IMG/VR virus record: IMGVR_UViG_3300023174_000048
Span: 96,001-160,000 of that record
From: a virus
Lineage: Duplodnaviria; Caudoviricetes
Direction: 5' to 3' (one strand)
DNA: 64,000 bases
Part shown: one piece after another, positions 1 through 9,231 of the stretch
Numbering within the stretch: position 1 is the first letter of the stretch
Layout of the letters: each line of letters begins with the position of its first letter
The notes under the pieces: generated by a model
What the model saw: the letters and a program-made list of their open reading frames with translations, nothing else
Told to the model about the DNA's origin: nothing
Database searches by the model: none
Position numbers and translations under genes: made by a program

Positions 1-2
1 AT

Positions 3-182
3 AAATTATTCAACCCCCTTGGAAGCGGATTAGATGAAAAGTCATACAGTATTGTTGATAATGTCTGTAGACCATCAGATAAGTTCAGATCTGTTAATGA
101 AAAAGTCTTTAATTTATATCTTAATTTTTTATCCACAAAGAACATATCATGGTTAACTAGAGCAGAAAGAGAGATTATATAA
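3..182 (+). CDS. 3' end of a hypothetical protein truncated by the window start (KLFNPLGSG...WLTRAEREII*)
   Basis: Frame 3 is open from base 3 to TAA at 180-182, which overlaps the next ATG (TAATG). Translated by hand; not in the ORF track. Confidence 0.7.
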   Translation, partial: KLFNPLGSGLDEKSYSIVDNVCRPSDKFRSVNEKVFNLYLNFLSTKNISWLTRAEREII

Positions 183-505
183 TGCCTAAACTGAATAAAA
201 CACAAAAATATGCAATACAATGGTTACACTCAACAGGATTAAGTTCTGACGCTATAGCAAAAGAACTGAATGTAACCACAGAACAGGTTGCTTCATTAGT
301 GCCAAAAGTAGAAATAGTAGCAAGTCCAACAACAGCGACTATTCCTTCGGCAAAAGATTTGATGATAACCCACACATCTGGTAAAAAGATTAACTCTATT
401 GCCATAATGACAAAGGAGGCATCACAGATTGGAGACGAATCTAAAAAGTCTGCTCCACCACAGATTAATGAAGATAAAAAAGGAATCTTTAGACCAAAGA
501 AATAA
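182..505 (+). CDS. Small protein with N-terminal helix-turn-helix
   Basis: LSSDAIAKELNVTTEQVASLV resembles an HTH; coupled to the upstream stop codon. Confidence 0.55.
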   Translation: MPKLNKTQKYAIQWLHSTGLSSDAIAKELNVTTEQVASLVPKVEIVASPTTATIPSAKDLMITHTSGKKINSIAIMTKEASQIGDESKKSAPPQINEDKKGIFRPKK

Positions 506-506
506 T

Positions 507-929
507 ATGTATCCATCAAGATACTCAAATGGGAAAACTGTCTCTGCTGCTCAATATATAACAGAGTTGATATGTGAGCATAAGGCGACAATGGAAAAAT
601 TGGATCTTCATTATAGATTTTGGACCAATAAAGAATGGTCTAAGTACTATAGAGATCAGATAGCAACAGCAAATAAGTTATTAAAAAAATATAGTGCCAA
701 AGCTATTATCAGAGCCTTAAATGATAAAAAAGCAGAGAGAATCTATTCTTTGCGAGCACCTCATCTGTTGGCTATAATAGACCACCACGAAACTCTGCTA
801 GGATCAGAAAACACAGAGCTAACAGAGAATATTGACAGATCAGAGAAAAAAACTTTTAGACATAAAACAAATACAAAACAAGGCATACTTTCTAAGTTAA
901 AGGAATTAGATGATGGCAACAACTCTTAA
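507..929 (+). CDS. Hypothetical phage protein (about 140 aa) directly upstream of recA
   Basis: The track starts at 429, but the ATG at 507 lies 1 nt after the previous stop and is the likelier start. No motif recognised. Confidence 0.65.
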   Translation: MYPSRYSNGKTVSAAQYITELICEHKATMEKLDLHYRFWTNKEWSKYYRDQIATANKLLKKYSAKAIIRALNDKKAERIYSLRAPHLLAIIDHHETLLGSENTELTENIDRSEKKTFRHKTNTKQGILSKLKELDDGNNS

Positions 930-2964
930 AGAAGATGTAATTAAAAACTTTGGTGATGAGATTATATTGTCTGGCAATGCTATGGTAGACAAGAAAGTAT
1001 TAACCATTCCTGTTAGTCCATCATTAGATATTGCTTTAAATGGTGGTATACCAGAAGGTAGTTTTGTTGTTTTAACGGGACAACCCAAATGTGGTAAGCT
1101 ACAACGATTGACCGATTTAATTTATACTCCAAATGGTCGAGTAACTATTGGATCAATAAAATCAGAAGATATAATATGTAATCCTAATGGATCTACATCT
1201 AAAGTAATTGGTATTTATCCTCAAGGTAAAAAGGATATTTATCAGGTTAGTTTTAATGATGGTTCCAAAACCTATTGTGGACTAGAACATAATTGGTTGG
1301 TAGCAAAAAATAATCGAACAAATGACTACAAAGTTTTAACTTTACAAGAAATTATATCGGAAGGATTAAGACTAAATGATCGTTGGAAATGGAAAATTCC
1401 ACTAACAAAACCAGTTTATTTTAAGCAAACAAAAAAGCTTTCAATTGATCCGTATATTCTTGGATGTTTGATCGGTGACGGAGGATTAACACAAAAAACT
1501 CCAAAAATCACCACATCAGATCAGTTTATTCTAAGAAAATTCAAAATCTTTGTTAAAAAACGTGGCTTATCTATCAAGCAAGTGTCTCAATATGATTATA
1601 ATATAAGTGGAAAAATAGATTCAAACGTTTTAATTAGAAATACTATTACAAAAGATCTTAAAGAATTAAAACTTTATGGTTGCTCTTCGCATGATAAGTT
1701 TATTCCACAACACTACAGATACTCCTCTATATCAAATAGATGGAAACTTATACGCGGCCTAATGGACACAGACGGATCAAATGACAATGGACTTAGAGCA
1801 GAATATTCCACTGTTTCTGAAACATTGGCAAAAGATGTTCAAGAAGTTTTAGAAAGCTTAGGATACACCTGTCAAATAAAACACAGATTTACAGGATATG
1901 AAGGTAAAGAGGGTAAGCAATTTCCATCTTATAGATTATATATTCATGGTAACGATATTGATAAACTCTTTAGTTTACCAAGAAAGAAAAGTGGACATAT
2001 TAGAAGTAAGCCAGACCTTCATAGAACAATAGTTGATGTAGAAAAGGTTTCTCAAGAAGAAGCTATTTGTATTGAAGTAGATAGTCCTGATGGATTATAT
2101 CTAACAAATAATTTCATTGTTACTCATAATACGACAACATCATTAGCGTTTGCAGCAACGGCACAAAAAAAAGAATATGCTCATGGCTCATTTAAAGATG
2201 GTCGCCAAGTGTACTACCTTAACATTGAGGGTAGATTGAAGAAAAGAGATTTAGAAGGAATACCGGGACTAGACCTAAGTAGATTCCATATTATAGGAAG
2301 TCAACAAGGTAAGATTTTACACGGTGAAGAATATTTGCAAATTGGTGAAAGAATTATTAATGAAATACCAGGATGTGTTCTTATTATAGATTCATACTCT
2401 GCTCTGTGTACCGAAGCAGAAATCACCAGCGATATGGATAAAATGCAAAGAGCAGATGGCGCTAAGCTATTAGCAAAATTTTGTCGTAAAGTTGCCAACG
2501 TTATTCCCGTTAATCGTAATATTGTTATAGGTATTACTCACTTAATGGGTAATCCCACAGGTTATGGAGCAGAGTTTAAGGAAAAAAGTGGTCAAGCTAT
2601 TGCTTATCAGACTGATATTAAGCTCAGAGCCAAGACATTTAAACCGTGGATCGTTGGGACAGACAATACTCAAATAGGGCAGGAGATCGAATGGCAGGTG
2701 GTCTGTTCGGCACTTGGGCCTCCTGGGGCTGTGACAACCAGCTATGTTAGATATGGCCAAGGAATTGATAAGTATACAGAATTGATCAATTTAGCATCTG
2801 ATGTTGGTATTATTAATAAGGGCGGAGCTTGGTATACAATAACCGTACTTGATGATAAGCCAAAATTTCAAGGTACAGAAAAAGTTAGAAATTTTCTATT
2901 AGAAAATAAAGAAGCATACGATCTAGTTGAAAAGTCTGTTAAAGAGGTTTTAGGAATTAAATGA
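910..2964 (+). CDS. recA: RecA/UvsX-like recombinase interrupted by an intein
   Basis: SPSLDIALNGGIPEG; Walker A GQPKCGK/TTT rejoined after removing the intein; YLNIEG; Walker B LIIDS; C-terminal KGGAWY...KFQG. Confidence 0.93.
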   Translation: MMATTLKEDVIKNFGDEIILSGNAMVDKKVLTIPVSPSLDIALNGGIPEGSFVVLTGQPKCGKLQRLTDLIYTPNGRVTIGSIKSEDIICNPNGSTSKVIGIYPQGKKDIYQVSFNDGSKTYCGLEHNWLVAKNNRTNDYKVLTLQEIISEGLRLNDRWKWKIPLTKPVYFKQTKKLSIDPYILGCLIGDGGLTQKTPKITTSDQFILRKFKIFVKKRGLSIKQVSQYDYNISGKIDSNVLIRNTITKDLKELKLYGCSSHDKFIPQHYRYSSISNRWKLIRGLMDTDGSNDNGLRAEYSTVSETLAKDVQEVLESLGYTCQIKHRFTGYEGKEGKQFPSYRLYIHGNDIDKLFSLPRKKSGHIRSKPDLHRTIVDVEKVSQEEAICIEVDSPDGLYLTNNFIVTHNTTTSLAFAATAQKKEYAHGSFKDGRQVYYLNIEGRLKKRDLEGIPGLDLSRFHIIGSQQGKILHGEEYLQIGERIINEIPGCVLIIDSYSALCTEAEITSDMDKMQRADGAKLLAKFCRKVANVIPVNRNIVIGITHLMGNPTGYGAEFKEKSGQAIAYQTDIKLRAKTFKPWIVGTDNTQIGQEIEWQVVCSALGPPGAVTTSYVRYGQGIDKYTELINLASDVGIINKGGAWYTITVLDDKPKFQGTEKVRNFLLENKEAYDLVEKSVKEVLGIK
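1099..2130 (+). mobile_element. 344-aa intein with LAGLIDADG homing endonuclease and class 3 signature, inserted between P-loop Lys and Thr
   Basis: Starts LQRLTDLIYTPNG; block B YCGLEHNW; LAGLIDADG motifs YILGCLIGDGG and LIRGLMDTDGS; block F AICIEVDSPDGLYL; ends IVTHN followed by +1 Thr. Confidence 0.93.
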
Positions 2965-3380
2965 ATATTATTGATTTAGATGGAAATCAGATTAACTGGA
3001 GCCTAACTGGTCATATTTCTAAAGGAAGAATTCATGATAAGTCTTCTTTCCATTTAGCAGCCAGGAAATTACTAATAGATAGTTTTCCAACACTGCAAAT
3101 ACTAGAAGAAGTTCCTATTCCATTAAGAAGATCAGAAACACTATATCTTGATTTTTATTTACCGCTAATAAAAAGAGTAATAGAGGTTCATGGAGAACAA
3201 CACTATAAGTTTATTCCATTCTATCATAGTTCTAAAATGAATTTTTTAAAAGCACAAAAAAGAGATAATGAAAAAAAAGAATGGTGTGAAAAAAATGGTA
3301 TAACTCATACCGTATTGCCATATAATGAGCCAATAGAAACATGGAGAAAGATACTGTCTTATGAGCACACGAACAGCTAA
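2961..3380 (+). CDS. Vsr/DUF559-like PD-(D/E)XK endonuclease
   Basis: LYLDFYLP...VIEVHGEQHY...QKRDNEKKEWC pattern. Confidence 0.75.
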   Translation: MNIIDLDGNQINWSLTGHISKGRIHDKSSFHLAARKLLIDSFPTLQILEEVPIPLRRSETLYLDFYLPLIKRVIEVHGEQHYKFIPFYHSSKMNFLKAQKRDNEKKEWCEKNGITHTVLPYNEPIETWRKILSYEHTNS

Positions 3381-3858
3381 AGAAGATTTACAGCACTGGG
3401 ATAATATTCTAGACGAATACGAATCCTCAATAGCTCTGCCCAAATACTCTGCTCAATACGGAGTATCAGAGAGTGAGATTAATCAGTATTTAACAATGAC
3501 AAGAGATGAACTTGAAAAGATATCGCCAGAAGATTGTGCTCAAATATCTTATAGATTAGCCCAATTCTCGTTCCATGTTCAAAGAACAATAAATAGAGAA
3601 ATTGCCAGATGTAATTGGTCAGAAGAATCTATAAAAGAAACAATAGCTGATGAGATCAATAATTATAAAGGATATGGTTTTATAGAAAAATCTTTACAAG
3701 CGATTAAACATAATGACAAAGCCTCAGCATTAAATAGTATAAAGAAGTATGCAAAACAAAGAATTGACAGACTATCATATATTGCCAATAGTATAAAAAA
3801 TCTATCTGATATTATGATGGCTATACAAAGAACAAAGGTGCAACATGGACCCAAATGA
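3361..3858 (+). CDS. Helical hypothetical protein; possibly a UvsY-like recombination mediator
   Basis: The ORF is solid. The function is guessed only from size, helical character and position after recA. Confidence 0.4.
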   Translation: MSTRTAKEDLQHWDNILDEYESSIALPKYSAQYGVSESEINQYLTMTRDELEKISPEDCAQISYRLAQFSFHVQRTINREIARCNWSEESIKETIADEINNYKGYGFIEKSLQAIKHNDKASALNSIKKYAKQRIDRLSYIANSIKNLSDIMMAIQRTKVQHGPK

Positions 3859-4288
3859 GATTTTAAAAAACCCAGAACAAATTAAGGCACTAATCTCTCT
3901 TTTACAGGGATTGGTCGATCAGGTAACTCCAGAACAAGAGCCAGAAGAAGAAACCAAAAATAAGAGGGTGGCACCGTCCAAACCGGGGTCTACTATAAAA
4001 ACGAAAGGTGGTCAAAAAGTAGGAAACAACAAATCGATCAAATCCAAAAAAACACAGCCAACAAATATTAATGCATTTGAAAAAATGGCTGAGTTTAGAA
4101 TGCACAAGGATGATTGTGCTATAGATAAAAAACTATGCTCAAACGAGCCTGTGGCGAGGATGAGGGAATTTGAATTTGTTGATGTTGTTTGTCGTGTTTG
4201 CGGCAAAAAGGAATCTATTGCTCCATCACTACTATTTGATGCTCCTTCTCGATACAAGTGTAATAATTGCTCAACCCAATCTGGCTAA
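3845..4288 (+). CDS. Hypothetical protein with C-terminal zinc ribbon
   Basis: CRVC...CNNC pair at the C-terminus. Confidence 0.6.
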   Translation: MDPNEILKNPEQIKALISLLQGLVDQVTPEQEPEEETKNKRVAPSKPGSTIKTKGGQKVGNNKSIKSKKTQPTNINAFEKMAEFRMHKDDCAIDKKLCSNEPVARMREFEFVDVVCRVCGKKESIAPSLLFDAPSRYKCNNCSTQSG

Positions 4289-4291
4289 AAT

Positions 4292-5761
4292 ATGATTTTG
4301 TGTGATCCGTCGGCAGAAAGAGCCATTCTTAGTGGTATCTTAAAGTATGGTGAGGATGCCTATTTGGATATCGCTGATATCTTACAGGAATCTTCATTCA
4401 CCATAGATAGTAATCAGATAATATTCAAATGTCTGAAAAATATTTGTGAAAATGAACCAAAGACTAAAATTGATTTAGCATCTGTATACTCGTCAGCACA
4501 AGAACTGGGTTTATCTGAAGTTCTATCAAAAAAGGACGAGGCTCAGCATTTAAAGGCTATATTTGATTTTCCAGTTAATTTGGAAAATATTAGAAAATTC
4601 GCCTCTAAAATTAAGAAGCTAGAAATAGCAAGACTTCTTCATAAGGAAATGGATCAGGTCCAGGAAAGACTTCTGGATGTGACAGGAAGCGAATCCATAT
4701 CTAATATTATAGGAATAGCAGAAGAATCCATATTCAGCTTTTCCTCTTCGTTATCTAACGAGAGCGATGCTGCTCCAGCCTTTATTGCTGGAGATATTGA
4801 TAATTATATAGAATTTCTACAAATAAATAAGGTGGATCAAATTGGAATATCCACTGGATTTCCTGTTTATGATCAGGCTATTGGCGGAGGACTAAGAAAA
4901 GGAACGGTTAATGTTATTGCTGCCAGACCAAAGGTTGGTAAAACATTGTTATCCGATAATATTGGTTATTACATAGCAAGTAAATTAAAGATTCCAGTTT
5001 TGAATATGGATACGGAAATGACAAGAGAAGACCATATTCATAGAATTCTTGCCATGTCCTCTGAAATTGAGATCAATAAGATTGAGACTGGTAAATTTTC
5101 TGATACCCCAAGCACTTTCTCTAAGATACAAGAGGCTATCAAAGAGTTAAAAGAAAGTCGCTTATATCATAAGAGTATTGCTGGTAAGCCATTTGAAGAA
5201 CAACTATCTATAATGCGAAGATGGTTGGTCAAAGAAGTTGGACTTAATGACGATGGAACAGCAAAAGATTGCGTTATAATATATGACTATCTAAAACTAA
5301 TGGATAGTACGGGCATAAACCAAGACATGAAAGAATATCAGGTTCTTGGTTTCATGATGACGGCACTCCATAACTTTGCTATACAGTATAAGGTTCCAAT
5401 CTTATCATTCATTCAGTTGAATAGAGATGGAATCACAAAAGAAAGTACCGACACGGCCAGCGGATCTGACCGTATTATATGGTTGTGTAGCAACTTTACT
5501 ATTTTCAAAAGAAAGAGCGATGAAGAAATCGCTGAAGATGGACAAGACGCTGGTAATAGAAAATTAGTGCCCTTAATTAGTCGCCACGGAGGAGGACTAG
5601 ATGACAATGATTATATTAATTGTCATATGAAGGGGTGGTGTGCTAAGATAACAGAGGGTAAAACCAGACTAGAATTAATGAGCGGGTCGAACAAACAAAA
5701 GGACGGTTTCATAGTCGATGAAAACAATAATGAAGAAAAAAACGAAATACCATTCGTATGA
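4292..5761 (+). CDS. dnaB: DnaB-like replicative helicase
   Basis: N-terminal AERAILSGIL; GISTGF..YDQAIGGGLRKG; Walker A AARPKVGKT; IIYDYL; IQLNR. Confidence 0.95.
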   Translation: MILCDPSAERAILSGILKYGEDAYLDIADILQESSFTIDSNQIIFKCLKNICENEPKTKIDLASVYSSAQELGLSEVLSKKDEAQHLKAIFDFPVNLENIRKFASKIKKLEIARLLHKEMDQVQERLLDVTGSESISNIIGIAEESIFSFSSSLSNESDAAPAFIAGDIDNYIEFLQINKVDQIGISTGFPVYDQAIGGGLRKGTVNVIAARPKVGKTLLSDNIGYYIASKLKIPVLNMDTEMTREDHIHRILAMSSEIEINKIETGKFSDTPSTFSKIQEAIKELKESRLYHKSIAGKPFEEQLSIMRRWLVKEVGLNDDGTAKDCVIIYDYLKLMDSTGINQDMKEYQVLGFMMTALHNFAIQYKVPILSFIQLNRDGITKESTDTASGSDRIIWLCSNFTIFKRKSDEEIAEDGQDAGNRKLVPLISRHGGGLDDNDYINCHMKGWCAKITEGKTRLELMSGSNKQKDGFIVDENNNEEKNEIPFV

Positions 5762-6887
5762 TCAATATCAGTTAAAGCATTTATCTGATAAAGTATGCGA
5801 CGATATTGAAAATCTATTATTGTCTTTGGGAATAGATTCCTATAAGATGCTAGATAAGATGGTCACCATGAGTTGTCCTATTCATGGTGGAGATAATGAT
5901 TCAGCATTCAATCTGTATCATCAAGGGGATACGTATCGAGGTAACTGGAAATGTCGAACACATCAGTGCGAAAATGTTTTTAAATCATCAATAATAGGAT
6001 TTATTAGAGGGTGCTTGTCTCATCAAGAAGGATGGTCTAAGTCTGGTGATGATATGGTCTCTTTTAATGATGCCTTACAGTTTGCTATAAGCTTTAGTAA
6101 GCATGATCCGTCCGACCATAAACAAACAAGAAAAGCTAAAGAAAAAAATAACTTTGTTAACGCGGTTAAGAATATAACTCCAGATAGTCAAAATAAACCA
6201 CAACTAGTTCCTAGGTCTTTGGTCACTAAGGCACTAAATATACCATCAAAATATTTTATAGATAGGGGTTTTTCCAAAAACGTTCTTATTAAATATGATG
6301 TTGGAGACTGTATAGGACAAGGAAAAGAAATGAGCAGCAGGGCTGTGGTTCCTGTTTATGATAATGATATGACAGGAATGGCAGGATGTACTGGTCGTAG
6401 CATATTTGACAAATGCAACGAATGCTCGTGCTTTCATGATTCTCAACAATCATGCCCCGAAGATAAAGAAAAATGGTTAAGTTCTAAATGGAAACATAGT
6501 AAAAATTTTAAGACACAAGAATATCTATATAATTACTGGTTTGCTAAAGACTTTATTTTAAAAACTAAAACCGTTGTAATCGTTGAAAGTCCTGGAAATG
6601 TATGGAGACTAGAAGAATCTGGTATACATAACTCTGTAGCTATTTTTGGATCTTCTCTGAGCCATAAACAAAAAATGCTTTTAGACATATCCGGAGCAAT
6701 GAATATAGTTACTATAATGGATAATGATGTTGCTGGTCAAGAAGCGTCAAAACAAATAGAATTAAAATGTGGAAGAACATACAACATCAAGCATATCAAA
6801 TTATCCTCTAATGATGTTGCAGAAATGTCTCCCGATCAGATTAAGCAAGAAATTTTACCGCAAATACAGGACTATCAATTATGCTAA
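5718..6887 (+). CDS. dnaG: DnaG-like primase
   Basis: Zn-binding CPIH...WKCRTHQC; TOPRIM IVESPGNV and MDNDVAG. Confidence 0.9.
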   Translation: MKTIMKKKTKYHSYDQYQLKHLSDKVCDDIENLLLSLGIDSYKMLDKMVTMSCPIHGGDNDSAFNLYHQGDTYRGNWKCRTHQCENVFKSSIIGFIRGCLSHQEGWSKSGDDMVSFNDALQFAISFSKHDPSDHKQTRKAKEKNNFVNAVKNITPDSQNKPQLVPRSLVTKALNIPSKYFIDRGFSKNVLIKYDVGDCIGQGKEMSSRAVVPVYDNDMTGMAGCTGRSIFDKCNECSCFHDSQQSCPEDKEKWLSSKWKHSKNFKTQEYLYNYWFAKDFILKTKTVVIVESPGNVWRLEESGIHNSVAIFGSSLSHKQKMLLDISGAMNIVTIMDNDVAGQEASKQIELKCGRTYNIKHIKLSSNDVAEMSPDQIKQEILPQIQDYQLC

Positions 6888-7612
6888 TATTAGGAATCTC
6901 TGGAAGGAAGCAGTCCGGAAAAAGCACAATAGGCAATTTTATACTATCTCTATATCTTGCTAAGCTAGGATATTGTGAAAAAATTTATATGGATGAAGAT
7001 GGTCAATTATTGATTTCTGATATTCTGGGAGACACTAGGTATGAAGGTATTTTTGATATTAAAAAATTAGTGGATACATACAATGATCCAAGATTTATAC
7101 AAGCTATTAATAAGCTTAATTCAAAGGTAAAAATATACAATTTTGCTGATATTTTAAAAACAGACATCTGTATTAATATGCTAGGATTAACATATGATCA
7201 GTGCTACGGAACAGATGATAATAAAAACGAAATGACAAACATAGTATGGAACGATAAGAAACTATCTGCTAGAGATGTTATGCAAGTTGTAGGCACTGAT
7301 ATTTTTAGAAAATTAGATACTAATGTGTGGGTTAGATCCACTATTAATAAGATTATTAGAGATAAACCAGACCTTGCTGTTATTACTGATTGTCGATTTC
7401 CTAACGAAGTAGATTCTATTAAGCAAAGTGGTGGAAAGGTTATAAGATTAACTAGAAATCCATTTCAATCAGATCATCTAAGCGAAACAGTATTAGATAA
7501 AGACAACTATGATTGGTCTAATTTTGATTATGTAGTAGAAAATTCTGATATTACTCTTCTTGATCAATTTACTCAGATTAAAAAACTATTAGAGGAGATA
7601 TTACCATTATAA
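6881..7612 (+). CDS. Deoxynucleoside monophosphate kinase
   Basis: ISGRKQSGKST P-loop, FADILK, SARDVMQVVGTDIFR and ITDCRFPNE, as in T4 gp1/T5-type dNMP kinases. Confidence 0.88.
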   Translation: MLILGISGRKQSGKSTIGNFILSLYLAKLGYCEKIYMDEDGQLLISDILGDTRYEGIFDIKKLVDTYNDPRFIQAINKLNSKVKIYNFADILKTDICINMLGLTYDQCYGTDDNKNEMTNIVWNDKKLSARDVMQVVGTDIFRKLDTNVWVRSTINKIIRDKPDLAVITDCRFPNEVDSIKQSGGKVIRLTRNPFQSDHLSETVLDKDNYDWSNFDYVVENSDITLLDQFTQIKKLLEEILPL

Positions 7613-7614
7613 TC

Positions 7615-7655
7615 TTGTGTTTAAATAAATATTTGGTGTATACTATACTATACAC
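7615..7655 (+). promoter_or_regulatory. Possible promoter (TTGTGT-N18-TATACT) overlapping a 7-bp inverted repeat GTGTATA-N6-TATACAC
   Basis: Seen directly in a 57-nt intergenic gap ahead of the HNH gene. The -35 match is weak. Confidence 0.4.
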
Positions 7656-7669
7656 ATAAAGGGATTTAA

Positions 7670-8194
7670 ATGCAAAAAATATATAATATATCAAAAGAAT
7701 ATTTAATAGAGCATTATACGAAACAAAAAAAGAGTGCTCAAATAATTTGTGAAGAATTGAATATAAAATCTAAAACAGTAATATTTCGATTATTAAAAAA
7801 ATACAATATACCTATAAATGTAATCAGCAGAGAAGGCCGTCCCCGCAATAATACTAAAAAGTTTGGAGACATACATCAATCATATATTTATATTCTAAAA
7901 AATAGAGCAAAAAATAAAAACCTAGTGTTTAATTTAACTGGAAATGATTTGTGGTCTTTATTTTTAAAACAAAATAAAAAATGTGCCTTGTCTGGTCTAA
8001 CTATTATTTTTCCTTCTGCTTGGGGTGCTAAATCGAAAACACAAATTACTGCTTCTTTAGACAGAATAGACTCTACTCAAGGATATATTAAAGACAATGT
8101 GCAATGGGTACATAAAAAAATTAATAGTATGAAAATGGATATGACAGATCAAGAATTTATCTCTTTATGTAAAATGGTAGCAAAACACTCATGA
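7670..8194 (+). CDS. HNH-like endonuclease with N-terminal HTH; probable free-standing homing endonuclease
   Basis: KKCALSG...ASLDRIDSTQGYIKDNVQWVHKKINSMK His-Me finger pattern. Confidence 0.75.
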   Translation: MQKIYNISKEYLIEHYTKQKKSAQIICEELNIKSKTVIFRLLKKYNIPINVISREGRPRNNTKKFGDIHQSYIYILKNRAKNKNLVFNLTGNDLWSLFLKQNKKCALSGLTIIFPSAWGAKSKTQITASLDRIDSTQGYIKDNVQWVHKKINSMKMDMTDQEFISLCKMVAKHS

Positions 8195-9231
8195 TAATAA
8201 CATATTTTAGAAGTTCATCTTATAACACACATTCTCTTTGCGAACAGCAATATTTTGGTGAGTACGTACTGGGGTGGCGAGGATTGTCTGGCCAAAAAGC
8301 AGATAAAGGAACTATTACTCATAAAGTTCTTGAAATTTTAGCGGTTATGAAAAAAGCCGAGCAAGATGGACAAACTACTATTGATGACGATCTTATCGGA
8401 TTAGTTGATATTAATAATTATGATTTAAATAATTTAATAGAGAAAGTATATACCTATTATACTAATAATGCTCAGCACCATAAATGGTCAGCCAAAGATC
8501 ATAGAGACTGTAAAGACTGGGTTTATAAGGCTATAGAATTTAATGGCGGAATGTTTGATCCTAGAAAAAGAAATATTCTTTGTCCAGAACAACACTTTGA
8601 TTTTGAGATTAAAAAACCCTGGGCTAAATACTCTTATGATATTGGCGGAGAAAAACTTGAGGGCAATCTAGCACTAAAGGGCACAATTGACTTAATAACA
8701 CTGGTTAATGATTCTACAATAGAAGTAATAGACTGGAAAACTGGAAAAAGATTAGATTGGGCTACTGGAGAAGAAAAAACCCAAGAGAAGCTAGAAAAAG
8801 ATCCACAGTTAAAGATCTATCACTATGCAATAAAACATCTTTATCCTCATATTAAGAATATAATATTTTCAATATATTTTATTAATGATGGTGGACCATT
8901 CTCCATTTGTTTTCATGATTCTGATCTAGCATCAACAGAAGATATGCTAAGACAAAAATTTGAAGCAATTAAAAGCACTAAAAAGCCAAGACTACATAAA
9001 AGCTGGATGTGCAGTAAGTTGTGTCATTTTGGCAAAACAACATTTGATGGAACTCATATTCAGCCAATAGAGGAATACAGAGATGGACAAGTATGCAAAG
9101 TTGGTCAAACCATGACAAAGTGCGAACAGATAAAACATGACCTTGATCTTTATGGAATCGACACTACAATTGGATTGTACAAGAACAAGAATCATTCGTT
9201 TGGAAGTTACAAAGCCCCCGGATCAATATGA
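8191..9231 (+). CDS. Cas4/RecB-like PD-(D/E)XK exonuclease with probable Fe-S staple
   Basis: RSSSYN..SLCEQQYF; LKGTIDLI...IEVIDWKTG; QLKIY; C-terminal CSKLC...C. Confidence 0.85.
   Translation: MIITYFRSSSYNTHSLCEQQYFGEYVLGWRGLSGQKADKGTITHKVLEILAVMKKAEQDGQTTIDDDLIGLVDINNYDLNNLIEKVYTYYTNNAQHHKWSAKDHRDCKDWVYKAIEFNGGMFDPRKRNILCPEQHFDFEIKKPWAKYSYDIGGEKLEGNLALKGTIDLITLVNDSTIEVIDWKTGKRLDWATGEEKTQEKLEKDPQLKIYHYAIKHLYPHIKNIIFSIYFINDGGPFSICFHDSDLASTEDMLRQKFEAIKSTKKPRLHKSWMCSKLCHFGKTTFDGTHIQPIEEYRDGQVCKVGQTMTKCEQIKHDLDLYGIDTTIGLYKNKNHSFGSYKAPGSI

Noticed and set aside
8191-9231. CRISPR-Cas locus suggested by the Cas4-like gene
   Set aside because: No repeat-spacer array and no other cas genes. Stand-alone Cas4-like nucleases are common in phage replication modules.
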